Assembly: GCA_964199315.1 (NCBI GenBank)
Contig: OZ116708.1
Location: 13,826,001 to 13,890,000, forward strand
Direction of reading: 5' to 3'
Source: Orbicella franksi
Lineage: Eukaryota
DNA length: 64,000 bases
The notes under the pieces are model-generated. The model did no database searches, was not told the DNA's origin, and worked only from the letters and a program-made list of their open reading frames with translations. Below are positions 13,654 to 28,200 of the stretch, one piece after another. The stretch's first letter is position 1, and each line of letters opens with the position of its first letter. Both the position numbers and the translations under genes were made by a program.

Positions 13654-16600
13654 GCTGTCCATATATTTCGATTTTATGAATAATAATTGATTCTAAAATA
13701 TAGCTATAATATTGTAGACCTTTCCACATTGTAATAAGCCAAAAATTGGTCTCAACAATGATAACCATCCTCAGCTAGTGTCTTGTTTATCTTCGATTCC
13801 AAATTGTCACATGGCTTTGCATTTTATCAAGATTGTATTCTATCATTTCTTTTATCAGCATTCCCGCTACGCTTTCAGTCAGGAGAGAACCCATGTTGTG
13901 GCATTATGGAAATCTACAACAATGGTAGCTGGCAAAAACTTTGTACCAGAAGTTGGGGTACAGATGAAGAAAACTTGACCTGCGAGGCCATGGGTTACTC
14001 TAGCAAAGGCGTTTATAACAATAATACTTGGTACAGAGACAAAAGCGATGCCCCGAATACATCAATCATGTACAATTGTACAGCACTGACGAAATGCGGG
14101 AATGACACTGATAACAAAACACAATCGTGCAAAGGTAGTTTATACATAACTTGCCGTGGCCCAGCCTCATGCATGCCACTGTGTTAATGTTAATTTCATG
14201 TAGATTCCCATCCTCTTTCTACGTTTCTATTTTTAGGCAGTGCTAGTACTGAGTTTTCTTGGCATAATCCAAAACCTAGAAATTAAAATATCTTATATAG
14301 AACTCCTCTGAGATTTAGGATGCTCGTTTGAGTGGGCAAAACGGTTGGTTTGATGTTACAATTAAGGGATATGATATGTTGCCAAAAAAATGCAGCAGTT
14401 ATCTGCTTTTGAGCTTTAGAGTAGGTAGAGCTTAAAAGGCTCAATCTGGTTGAGACATTATACAATTTAGCTGATTGCACATCGTGTAAGAACCTTAACT
14501 TTTGGTGTAAACAAAATTTAAAACTTATGTGGCTAAAGCACTCTAAGAAGATAGAAAAGCCTTGATCTGAAAATTTAAAATGTAAAGAAATGTAGGGAAG
14601 TAACAGTGATGCAGCAGTAGCTAGTACATGTAGGGTAAAAGTCCAGTTTTGTAAAAATCTGTTAAAATAATGTGATAATGACATATTAATAAGCATGTTG
14701 GTTTGTAATTGTAATTGTAATTGTAAACTCATTATCTGTTTATTTGTTAACGTAGGTTTAATTTCTTCTTAATTTTAGAAGTTCCTGTTCGTTTAAATGG
14801 TGCAAATATAGAATATGGTGGAAGAGTGGAAGTATTTTACAATGGAAAGTGGGGAAAGATCTGTCGTAATAAATGGAATTTTGAGGATGTGAAAGTTATT
14901 TGTCGTCAGCTTGGCTTCAAACGCGCAGTGGCTGAATTTGTAGTGGCAGATGTCAAGGATGAGGACATTCCTTTTGTAATGTCTAATGTAGCCTGTAATG
15001 GAGATGAGCCCGAGCTAGCATCCTGCCCGCGAACTGATGGAAAGCTTAATGTTGACTGTCAAAGTGGTGACAAAGGTGCTCAGGCATTGTGTGAACCAAA
15101 AAGTTAGTGATCATTTAGGGTTTTATATTATTTGATATTTTGTAGGTCTTGATCGATCAGCATACAACCACGACATAAAATGAATTTTTATGCCTCCCAA
15201 TTCAAACACGTTTTCCGATTAGAGGAGAACGTGTCACGTGCCGTGGGTCAAAACTCACTAACTCCCTAGGGCGAAAAAAATTCACTAACTCCCTAGGGAA
15301 GCAACAACTTCTTCTTTCGACTCGCACGTGATCAGCTCGTGCACCTTGCAACGGCGGCAAATTTGTGTGCCAGTTGGCCTGATGTCAAAAAGCCATTGAA
15401 GTCGTCAACGTTTCTCTCTAGAGAAGGCATTCATCATTCAAGAAAAGGGATTTACCATTCGGCAAAAACACATCAGATTAACAAAGAAGAAAATTTGAAC
15501 ATTTTGAGTCTTCAAGCTTTTAATTTGGCGCCAAAAATGGGTCGCCCGCGTTCGGCAACTCGCTCTTCGATCGCTATCGCCACTTGCCAGGTAGGAAAAT
15601 AGTTGTGTCATGTACAACAAAATATGCTGTTCCTCGCCGAATCAAACCCAGAATTCTCGAGTTAAGCTTTAGAACAAGGGAAAGCAACTTAAGTATTGTC
15701 TTTATTTTTGTTAGCTGCGAAGAAAAGGACTGTTATCGCTTCGTTTCGGTAGACAGCTCGGTTTGATTGTCGCTCGTACTGCAAGCACAGCCTCCGTAGA
15801 CGTCAAGCAAATCATTTTTTCGCATTTTTTTTTTCTAGTTTTGAGTCGGAAGGTATAACAAAACACTTAATGACTGGCCCCTCGGGAAACAGTGAGTTTT
15901 GTTTCCGCTCGACCTCATTGAGGGTCTCGGGGAAACAAAATTTACTGTTTCCCTTGGGGCCAGTCATTAAGTGCTTATTATACGTTAGTCTTTTATTCAC
16001 ATTAAACGAATATAAAATCTCACAACACCCTTTTATGCAGGGAAAGAGGGCTGGGAGGGGTGTGCAACTGAAAGATGTTATAGCTAACAAAGACTAACCT
16101 TACAAGTTTGTGTCTGCCGTCATTGTTCCACAGAGACAGTCGGGCTAATAATGATATGCTACTACTAAAAATTTACTATTATTATATGGCTGAGTCTCAC
16201 AAGGACTGGGAACTAGAGAATTCACGAATTTGATTGGTTTAAATCAATATTGTCCACGGTCTAGATTTTCCCATCTAGACTGGTTACATTTTGCGGTGAA
16301 AAAATTGCAAACTAAAATACAAAAATATTGACTGTTTTCTTCAAAAAATATTACTAGAAGTGCTGAACAGCCTGATGAGAAAAAAAAAGTAAAGAGGATG
16401 AGCAAACTTTGGCAGAATTAGGTTGAGCTAATTGCCGTTTGCAAGCAAATAAATGGCAGCTAGTACAAACCAGTTACATTAAACGCATTAAATTTTTCTT
16501 GTTTTTCCATACAATAAACATCTTATTAATCGAGCTTAGTCGGTTTGTATGGGAGAATCTCGGCCTCAATTGTGTGTACAGACTTCACTGCGTTCGGTCT

Positions 16601-19251
16601 GTACTCGCGACCTCGGTCTAAAACTATGTGATCACATTACTAGCAACAAGTCACCCCATGTAAAGAAGAAAGGGTTCATTTATTAAGAAGGGTAGAGATA
16701 GACTTTGCTGAATCCTTGTAGCATTTTGCTTAAGCAAACTTTATCTTGTTTCAGTTATATTTAGCATTCTAGGATTTAGAGTCTCATGCATACTACAATG
16801 TGGTAAAGAAAGATTTTTCTTTTCAGAGGACAAAAAAATCTTGGATGCAATTCGAGAATTTTTGGATGTCGGCAGCAGTGAAATTATTCGCTGCTCCTTA
16901 GAAAATGAAACCAACCATATGCGTTGGTTCAATAACAAACATCAAGAGATTAATTCAACATCTGGGACAAGGATGACGGCAAAACAAAATGGTGAACTGA
17001 CCATTGAAAACGTTCAGTTGTCTGATGGAGGAACCTACGAATGCAGGGGATTGGAATACACTCGTTACTACACCATCTATGTCAATGGTAGGCCAACTTA
17101 TCTTTACTAGCGGGCAGAGTAATTTGGTCGTTTAGCCTGCTGTCCACGTGTGTCTGTCTGTAAATGTGTACCTTCACGTCCGTTAATCTGAGGGTGGGGG
17201 GACTGACGTACGAAAAGATCGTGGATGATTTTCGGAAACTTTGAATTAAACTCCTAAATTAAGGAAACCACTCTGGGCGTGGCTCGAGCTTGAAAGAAGC
17301 CTGTGCTAGTAGACCGTACTCAAGAGACCAGCGGAAGTCGAGCCTAAAAAAGGAAAAAAGGGCGTTTCATTTTTAATTGTCGGAGTGCACCCTAAAAGAT
17401 ACTTTAAGAACTAAAAATAGTGGCATTTCATCGTCAACACCCTACTGTAAGGTGACCAGATTCCTTGACTAAATTACCCCTAAGCGATTCCACGAGCTGT
17501 AAATGCATATGATTTTTGTCCCAATAAAGCATAGTAATCCTCAACAGAGTGTGTACTCCTGTAACATTAAAATATGATTACGATGTTTTAAGACAACGCA
17601 ATTAATGAATAGGTGCAGTTGAAAACACTTATTGTCATTAAGTGAAGATAACTGATATTAAACTCTTCCAAAAATCGGGCTGGATTAGAAAAGAACTAAT
17701 TAACAAGAATTGCAACGTCTTCAGCTTTAGAAGTTAAAATTAATGATTGATTTTCATCAGTTTAAGCTAATTAAAGTTTTAAAGCATTTTTCTTCTAAGT
17801 GCTGGTTTGGCAGATCTAGAGCGCACCGGAGTATCAACTCGCCCTTAACAAAGATGCTTATTTTGCTCGCTGTAATAGATTTTCATTTCAGCAAGAAAGC
17901 TTTCATTTTCATTTTCCTTATTTCCTTTAACTGAAGTTTTGTTTATTCCAAATTAAGTTTTTGTTCTGTGAAACCAAACTTTGGGAACATTTGCTATTTA
18001 TCTTAGAGAAATATCTTCACTAAAATGTAAACAATGTGCGTAGATCCGTGAAGTTTCAACAAAATTCAAGTCAATATTTTGTTCCTGAAATTGCATACTG
18101 ACGATTTTACCAGTAATGTTCTCTATTCTGATTTCAATTTACATTAATTAAATGTTTTTCTTTTTCATCAATTAAAGCAAAACATTCAATGTCATAAATC
18201 CATGTAAATTTAAATCTAAATTCAATTGTTAACCACTGGGGTAAAATTTAACTTGTTAAACTTGTTTCAAGATACAGTAGCAATCGAATGCTTTTGAACT
18301 ACAGTTATTTATCAAACCAATGTTATTGTGTTTCTTCCAACAGCAAGATTTACTGAGGTGAACCATCAGCAAAGTATTATTGCTGATGCTTCTGGGATTA
18401 TAAGCTGTAGTGCTGAAGGAACTCCAACACCACAGATTGAGTGGAATAGACAAGATGGAGTACAACTGGACAAGGCAAGGTTCAGACAACTTCTGAATGG
18501 AAGTTTATATGTCAATCCAGTTCACCGACAAGACAACGGAACATATATCTGTACCTTCAAACAAAGTAAAGGAAGCAAAAGGGCTACAATAAAACCCCAA
18601 AACATCAATGTTTTTATCATAAGTGAGTAGCAAACTATTACTTAAATTATTTTACAAAAGATTTTGACAGACAACGTTATTAACAACATTGATGCACAGC
18701 AGCATTTACAAGCTACTTTCGTGCAGTGTATGCATGGACTGGGATTTATAAACAATTATCTCTTCGTAATAGTATGATAGCAATCCTTGGTTTTCCTTTT
18801 GTTGAGCTGGAGGTAATTAAAATTAAGGATAAGGATTTTATGAGCTCAACAGCATAGAAGAGAATGAAGAACTGCCATTTGAAAATTAAAAGACCCCCTA
18901 GGCTGCAAATCTTGTTGCTGGTTTGGGGCATTTCTTTATCTGTTCTAATAATTTTTTTTTCTGTAGTTCGCCCAATTGTTGAGTTGTTAGGACCAAGTAA
19001 TCCCTTGCAGGAAGGAGATAGTGCCAACCTGACGTGCAAAATTATTGAAGGTTTACCTGAACCACGACTATCCTTTTTTAAAAATGAGCTAGACCTTCCA
19101 TCACCTCTGCTTTTAACAAATGTAACAGACAGTGACGAGGGAAGGTACATCTGTGAAGCACAAAATGCTGGTGGTAATTTCACTGACAGCATATATATAA
19201 GAGTGAAAAGTAAGTAAATAATAATGATAATGATAATGATAATGGTAATGG

Positions 19252-19284
<33 letters not shown>

Positions 19285-22200
19285 GCATGAATACAGTAAC
19301 CATTAAGAGCATGATATAGTTTTATTTTGCTGATGCCAAGGAATTAAAATCTTACTCCCAAGAGAAATAATCGTGTGGTGCTTTTTGTTTAGGTTCATAA
19401 GCGGCCAATTTCCATTTCCCTGTGGGTGGCTACTTTGTATAGCTTTGACTGTAGTTCAAAACTACTCTTCTATATTGCCGGGCGCAGTACTTTCATGGAA
19501 TACAAACAAAAGTGTTAACCATGACAAGTGCATTCATACAATTGTTTTCATGGGTTATGTTGACTTTATTCATCAGTTATAACGAGTGAAAAACATCCAC
19601 CTCAATTCTTAATCTATATATTCAGTGGTTATGCGCTTTTGAATTCAGCTGAGTATATTTATTTGGTCTTCAAAAGGAACATAAAGGATTGGAAATTAAA
19701 TGTGCGTATGAAAACAGAAAATTCACTCCTAAATTCTCTTGCTTTTCAAGCTCTACCTAAACTGAATCCACTACTGAGGAATCAGTCTGTTGCGTTTAAC
19801 TCCACGCTTAATTTGACATGCATTGTGGGAGGTGATCGTCCACTTCAGATCAACTGGACCAAGAATGGTGTGGATCTTGGAAATAGAGACAATAACACAT
19901 ACACTGTTTTTCAAATGACTTTCGACCACGCAGGCTTGTATGGATGTACAGCCAAAAACTGGGCAGGAATGGCGTATGCTTTTTTTTGGATTGATGTGAC
20001 AGGTAAGGGACTCAGTTGTGAATCAGAGAATTAGAGCCATGGCTTTCTATTAATCACTGAACAGGATTAATAGAAATTTTGGTTCACGCATTCAAAATTG
20101 CACACTTTCCAATCAAGTGTCAATAGCTTTGCCACATTTTAACCTTTTGTTGGAAATTTAACACTTTAAATCTGTAACTGTACCAATCAAGACTGACTTT
20201 AATTGCCTACAAGTATTAAAAGGAACAATTCTCATTCCTTTGTATAAAGGAACCTTTTCTTTCTGCATGCATGTTAAGAGAATTACAACTAAAAGGATAA
20301 CTTTTTAATTAAATTATTTGTCAAATTATTGTGAAAAATGTGAAAACACCACGGAATTCTTATTTTATAATAAGACATAATTATTGATTTTGTTTCGAGG
20401 CTCTTTTGTTTTCCACAAAATTTTTAAGAAATTGTTCCTCGTACTTTCTGAACTCTACAGTGTGAGAAGGCAATGTTTTAGTTATAACCAATAACCTCCT
20501 TCTACGGGCGAGGTTGTATGCAAATATTGTGGACTTGCCCATATTGTTCAGTTTCCCTATTTAGCTAGGAAGGGGGCTAAAGTACCCGTACTAATTTCAA
20601 ATTTTTCTAACTTGAGTAACCTGAGGTTACGCGGTCAAACTTTGTGAAACTGAGGTGTGTTAATAGCTTGGTCATGTGATTTGATGCTTCTGCGGCAACA
20701 GGATGTTTTATTCAAATTTAAGTTCAAAACTATGTCTTAAGTGAGTTCGTGGATTAATTTTTATAAAGATGTTAGTTCTAAAATTCTCCAGGCTTGCTAA
20801 AAAAGCATACGCGAAATAGGGTTAATTACTGAATCCCTTGTTTGCACTAGCTGAGACCATCAGTTTAAAAGAATATGTTTGTAGGACTGTCATTAAGTTT
20901 TGAGTCACCTGAATCCACGTTCTTAATTCACACCTGTAACAAACTTTTTACTTTGAGAGTGAATTCTATCAGCATCAGGTAATTTCAACCACCACATCAA
21001 GGGCAATGCAATGAAGCGTACTCAGCCATAACAGGTATTATGGGTCATGGCCCCTAATAACAGCCTTGGTTTGGTCGAAAGTCTCTCCTCAGATTTATGT
21101 TTCTCCAAGAAACAAGTCTGTTCCCGAAGGCCACCCAGAGAACTTTAGCTGCAAAGCCACAGGTGTTCCCAAGCCAACATTCTCCTGGAAATTTAATGAT
21201 GGGTACCTCCCTTCAGGCATCAATCAAACCAGTCTTAGTGAAGGATCATTCCTGGAGTTGCCTTACACTACAAAACGTATGGAAGGTATCTACAAGTGTA
21301 CAGCAGAAAACAAAGCTAACACAACAACCTCTTCTGCGTATCTTCATGTTTTTGGTAAGCAGAACAAAATCTACCTTATTCAATATCATTTATTGCAGGT
21401 ACAAAATTATGTGTCTCGGACAGTTTCAAAAATACCGTCCGAAGAAATTTAGGCGTGAACGAAATTTGAACCTATGACCTCTAAAGAGTCAGTTCAGTGG
21501 TCTATCAACTGAGCTGTTACAATACCAACTGGACTTGTGAGTGCATATGTGTAATACATGAAGTTGAACCTTGCTGTCTTGAACTTGTTCAAATCATCTT
21601 AAATTCAAAGCCTTTTCCTGTAAGTATGCTATTTCAGTCTTATATATGTACATGTACTTTGGGCTGTCTCAACAACCCCCTCGCTAAATTGAACTGTTTT
21701 TCATTCCCCTAACCAGTGCAAGATAGCAGGGCTTAACGTTATATATACACTAATGACATCCATACCCATCATGTTTGCCACAGCTAGGTCAAGAAATGGT
21801 CGGTGAAAAAAAAACTTTAAGGTCAGGAAATTGTATTTTGAGTCAGGGAAAATTGACATTTTGAAGAAAAGTCAGGGAAAATTTAAATAATTTAACATAG
21901 GTGATTTAACACCATTGAGGACTGGACGAAACGTTTGGGGTCATTGTGATCTCTGTTATATTTTCCTTAATGAAGAAGGAAAATTTGCTGAATGAACGGG
22001 CAGAAAGGACAGCTGTAAGTTGAGGCTAGACGGCTGCTACTAGATCTGACATTCTGTATTTATTTGGTTAGGGAAATTTGATTTTTAACAGGGTAAAGTC
22101 AGGAAAAAATCAGGGAATTTTGAAAAGTTCGACCTGTGACGACCATGATCCCAGGGGCAAATAATAATTGTTGTAGTACATGTATAGCCATATGTACTGC

Positions 22201-25200
22201 TATAATGGCTATGTTGTGCTGATTAGCATTTTTGAATCAATTCGCACGCTTCAAATTCCTAGGATTTCAGGGTTTCTTGTCAATTAATTTCAGAGGGATG
22301 AAATTCTAACTTGGTGAAGTCCAACAGAGAACAGTTACAATAGGTTTTTTTTTTTATAAAACGTTTTTTTCACCTCTTTATCTTATATGTACTAACTATA
22401 CTAGTACTGCACTTGCACTATAAAATAATTATCTGAATATCTAGTCAGATGTTATCAGATGTTAATATCATTGGCACGATACTTTCAATAGCTTGATGCC
22501 AACTCAGTAAACTTACGCATATGTGGGATGTGATGTCTTATTCTCCTAATTTGCATTTTTCAACGTCTCCTGTATTTTTGATATTCACTTAATAACTGTA
22601 GAATTCGTATTGCTATGCTTAAAGTGCTCATGCACTATATACACAACATCATTTCCAAATATAAACCCAAATAGTTTTGAAAAGCAACATTCTGAAGTAA
22701 AAAAAATTAGCCCCCTCTCCCTCCACCCATATATTCTAAGCTCTTCCACATTTAAGAGCACCAAAGAGTCTTTGAAACAAATATGCCCATGAATTATCCT
22801 AATTTGACTGAGTGTTTCTTTTACTTATTGCTTGAATGTGTTTGTCTTTAAAGAAAAACCCGCTGCTGAGGTAAGCCCAAAGCCTTATCCAAAACTGACA
22901 GTAGGAGATGAGCTTAGATTAACTTGTCAGATCAATAAAGCGACTGTGGCAATCAAATGGAAGAAAAACGATGATGAAGTAATTCCAAGAGCACAGATTG
23001 ATACACAATTAGATGATAAATTGAGCAAACTTTTTATTGTGGAAGTTGTGGAAGGTGATAGTGGTGAATATTTATGTGAAGCACGTAACAGACCAGGTAT
23101 TGTGGCTCGCTCTACTGTAAAGATCGATGTCAAGGGTAAGGACGATTGTTATTGATCTTGCCCTTAGAAATACTTGTAGTGAAAAAAACAACAACAACAA
23201 CAACAACAACAACAAAACTGGCAAGTATTCTTTCATTTGCACTCTTAGGGCTTAATTGCTGACTAACTGCTGCAAAAAAATTCAGCTGGTTACAATATTA
23301 ACAGTACCATTTCTTTATTAACGATCGGACTCCTGATAGGTTTTTCCATCCTTAATTTTCAATAATAATAGTGATAAAAATTAGAAAATTACAAACTATA
23401 GGATGATGGCAGACAAGTTTACAACACTACAAAATCACATATAGTAATTGTATAAGCCCATAATATAAATGTAATCAGCTGGCAATTACCCTGTGTTGCA
23501 TTATCGTTTATCTATTAACCCTCATACGTACAAGGGGGGTGGATTACAGCTCCCCATAAGGTTTTTTCAAAGTTTTGAAAAGACGATTTATTCAAAGACG
23601 CTGAAAATTTCATTCTCTGCGGAAATTTTGATATGTCAATTGCGGGACCATTATTTGACGTTGCCTTGGCCATCATCAAACTTCACGTAGGCCTGGCCAA
23701 AAATCAACTTTTTTGAGATAATTCTGTAGTATTTTTTTTCCAATTTTCTTCATTTAATTGCATAAATTCATGAATTTGTACATTTCATAAGTATGGTGGC
23801 CTGATTTTGTGTTAATTTCCTTTATTTCTTGACTTTTTAAGAAAATAGTAAAATCCAAGATGGTGGGTCCAAGATGGCGGGGCAAATGACGTCATGATGA
23901 ATAAAAATGGTATCATCTTGTCGAGGAAGCTCAGGGCTATCTAATCAATGTAAATTTATTTTGCTATGCCTAAACAGAACGAAAACCCAGAGGGGGGTTT
24001 CATTCACCCCCCTTCTACCACGGTGGGGGTATGAGTTAGCTTGTACGTCCGAGGTTTACAGGCACAACACTTTCAAAGTACCTTATCAGTATATGTAACA
24101 GCTGGACTAACTGCATACGATTTGAAAATATCTGGATAATGGTGCCTGGGTCATCCAGACACTTCCACATTTAGGGTCTTCCTGGATTAGCACGATCAGC
24201 TTTTGAAGAATCGAGACCAGGTTGAGAGGGGCTTGTGTAATGTCATGAACCTGGTCAGGGCTTAAACTTGGACTGTTTGGTCAATGTCCATTGCACTAAC
24301 CATAAGGCGCTGTTCCTTCCAATAGATTAACAATACTAACATAGAAAACTGTTAAAATGAAGTTTTGTATAGTAATACTAAAGGCTCCCTTCTCAGCTTT
24401 TATTGCCAGGCAGGCTCTGGAGTGGTATTATATTGTGGGGCCTGTACTTGGTTGCATTGTCGTATTTGCTGTAGGCTGGTGCATTTGCAAGTACCGAAGA
24501 GCAGGTAAAAACAATAACTGAATAAGAGAGTTCATTATGTTGATTTGCCATACAACCATTTATGGATTCATGAACAATTCAGTTTTAGTGTCATGTAAAA
24601 CACTTTACTTAAGTACTTAGCCCAAGGAATAAAGTGTTGCCTGCTAATAAATATCGCTACACCAAATAGCAGAAATAGCAATTTTTAGAGCATGGGTGTT
24701 CTTCCTAACAAATGTCTTTGGCAACACGATAGTTGTTGTTATAGTTAAACGCACCACCTCTTTTTAGGGTAGGTAGGCAGGTAGGTAGGTAGATAGGCAG
24801 TTAGGTAAAGTCTGCATATGAGCAAGGCCAGAGCTTGTCCTGGTTTCTGTAGCATGAAGCATGCAACTAGGAGTATTTCTAACTCCCCCCTGGATGGGAT
24901 GCTAGTCCATTGCAGCGTTACCACCGGTTAAGTGTCTTGCCTAAGAACACAACACATTGTCTCCGGCCAGGACTCGAACCCGGACCGCTCGATCCGGAGA
25001 TGAGCACACTAACCATGAGGCCACCACGCCTCTACATCTGTCTTAGGGTATATAATATTATTAGCTCTGGCATTTATTCAACCTGGTTTTATTTTGTTTG
25101 TTTCTTCTGTTTCTTTCTTTCGTACATATGCATCTTTCGTTATCTTTCATTGGGTAAATACAGCTGTGGCCGAACTGTAAGTCGATGCCTTATTGTTTTA

Positions 25201-28200
25201 TTTTACTAAAAGTGTGTAGTTACACTTTCTACTTTTTACATCTTCACTGTTTTTGCGTATTCACCAATAACAGCATATGGATAACATTTATCTTCAAAGG
25301 GGCACTATCACGAGAATGGTTTAAAAAAGACAAAGTTTAATCCAAAAGATAGTGTCTTGTTAGAAATTTCTATTCTATTACACTGAAGCTTTCAAAGGGC
25401 TGTACACATTATAATAAATTCTGAGACTGAAATTCTACCCTAAGTTTGTGTTTTAGAAAAGTCTCAAAAACCTAATCATAATGATTACCTTTCCTTTTCA
25501 CCAAAAATCTTCTTAGTTTTTCAATTAGGGTGTTATGATGGGATTGTTTCGTGCATGAGTGAAGATATTACCATAACTTTAAGACTGCATATTTCTCTGA
25601 AAATGTAGCAAAATTATCATGAAATGCCCCTTTAATCCATCCCATATTTCCAAACATAAGCATATGCATGTATGAACGTGTTTCAAAGTACATTTTAGAT
25701 TTAATCTGCAGGTGTACATGCACTACTGGGAAATATGGCTCCTATTCATCTTTTTTTTTTATAAGCTTTAAAGTTAATTAACCTTTGTAAGAACTTCAAT
25801 ATAACTAAATGAAGGACAATAATCTATGTGACGGGGTTTCTTCAAGGAGGATCTGTGTAACTAAAAAATTAATCTTCCTTTAAACTTTTTATTGTAATTT
25901 TTTGCAACGATTGATAGCTTCAATTTATTCAATGAGGGTGTTTTTGTGTTATTTCCCTGCAGTCATAAAATTCAGTCAGTTCATCTATACAATTTTAATT
26001 AGGGCCTATTTTCAGTATATTTGACTGAGGGAAGACTTACAGTAAGCAACATCCCCGCATGAACTACTCTTTGGAGGAATGCATATATTAATGGTACAAA
26101 CTGAGTTGTTACTGCAGGGAATAGATTTGAAATAAATATGATGAATAACATTTGATTGTAAAAAAAACTATTGGTGGCTATCTAGATATCAACAATAGGG
26201 TAGTCTATGGAATCCCTTTAAATGTGTCACAGTTTGTTTTAATTTATCACAAAATCACTGACTTAACATGATCGACTGTAATAATGTTTGATTAGTTAAC
26301 CCTGCCCTGTGACAATGAAGTTTTGAGTTAAATTGTTTAGACCCGATCCAGAGAAAGCAGTTGAGATGCAGTTCCAGAACCCTGAAGCGGATGAATGGGA
26401 GATTGCAGTTGACCTTTTACAACTTCAAGAGGTCATTGGCAAGGGGGCATTTGGAGCAGTCTGGAAAGCACTTTTAAATAAACCCGATGGAAAACCTGAA
26501 AAGCGGACCGTTGCTGCAAAATGCTTTACACGTAAGATCATGTAACAGTAACAAGATAAACTTAGATACAGGGCAACCCGGCTTTATATCACGGTCACCT
26601 CCTTATGTCCTGGCAAAAATGCCCATACATTTTATTACAAGAAAAGTCCATTAATGCAGGCATCTCATTAATACGGCTAACGGCCTCAATCTGAAATCTC
26701 GAACGAAATATATATGTTACTTGCTGACCTTGAGGTCTGTATTGGGAAAACTGTGCCCTAGCTCTTGAGTATGGCTCGAGGCCGCAGGTTCACAGCCATA
26801 CTCAAGAAAATCATCTAGCCGGAACCATTGAGATTGCAGGATAAACTTAAAAAAAACACACAACCTCGATATGATTATGTGATACTGGTCAGCAGATACC
26901 TTGTTTTGACAGCTGTCATATGACCATCACATTGCTGTCCATCGCCATGCTGCGCACCATCGTGCTGAACAGTGTTGGAGCAAGCATGTAGCCTGGTTTG
27001 ACGCCGTTGGTTACTGGGAGGAAGTTTGTTTGTTAGCGACCGATGTGAGGGCAGCCAATCTTGGACATGATCTTCCACAGCCCTTCTCTGCTGACTTTGT
27101 CGAAGGCCTTAGTCAGGTTCTTGAAGGTGGTGAAGAGATCTCGTAGTTGCTCCTTGCACTTTTCCTCAACCTGCGCAGAAACCACACTGACTCTCAGGAA
27201 GGAGGCCCCACTCTAGATGGTGTAGCTGGCAGTTCAGCAGCGCACGGGCCAAGACCTTGCTGGCAATGGACAGGAGGGAGATTCTGTGGTAGTTGCTGCA
27301 GGGCAGGCGGTTCTCCTTGCGTTTGTAGATGTGGACGATTGTGGCATCCCTAAAGTTCTGAGGGAGCTTTTTTTTTTCCCACATGGGCTGGAAGAGGGTG
27401 ATACCACCTGCATTGTACACCTCAGCAGGGATGGCGTCCGATCCTGGGGTTTTCCTAGTGGACATTTGCTTGATGGCTTTCTCATCTGCCTTAACGCTGA
27501 GTCAAGCATCTTGCATGTTGTCAAGCTTGTTGCGAATGGGTCTGCAGATGCTGGTGAATGTGGCCTGTTTATGGGCAGGAGGGGTGGTGATTCTGGCATG
27601 TCTGAAAAGGTCGACGTTTTTCTTCCAACAGTTCCTGGTCATCTGTGCTGAAGACATGAAGGATCATCGCAGTTATATGCACAACTTAAGCAGCTGTGAA
27701 ATTGAAGAAAAAAAAATCAGGCTTGAATGGGATTGGAACCCATGATCTCTGCAATACTTGTGCAGTGCTCTAACAATGGCCTGAGATATCAAGCCAACTG
27801 GGAGATGGTAAGAATGTAAGTGAATATATGAAAGATAATATATAGAACTTCAGAGAAAGATATGAGGACATGAAGGACCATCGCAGTTATATACAACTGT
27901 GAAATTAAAGCCTGAAAAAGAAATCAGTCTTGAATGATCATATATAATCATATATGATCTTTCATGTATTCACTTGCGTGATCTATATTGCCAGCACACG
28001 GGGTAAGTTATCCAATTTCTACCAAAATTTTAAAAAGTGTGTCAATATTACTGCCTATACCAAATAAACAGGACCAAATCAAGAAAGGTAGCTGTTTGGG
28101 AAAATTGCGTGGTAAATACCAACGTTTTGGTTTTTAATTTGCTTACTTTGTTGGGTAGAAAATTCTCAATACTTCAAATGGCCTAAATACAGGAAATCAA

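Noticed and set aside
18746-19312. 188-aa minus ORF with poly-Ile
   Set aside because: It is the antisense of Ig exon 3 plus an (ATAATG)n microsatellite.
24960-25032. tRNA gene
   Set aside because: A and B boxes are present, but it runs into a SINE body and tail and there is no proper cloverleaf; same for 27730-27790 and 21455-21515.
26016-26041. Alternative juxtamembrane microexon (26 nt, gtaagc donor)
   Set aside because: Exits in phase 0, which fits neither acceptor of the kinase exon.
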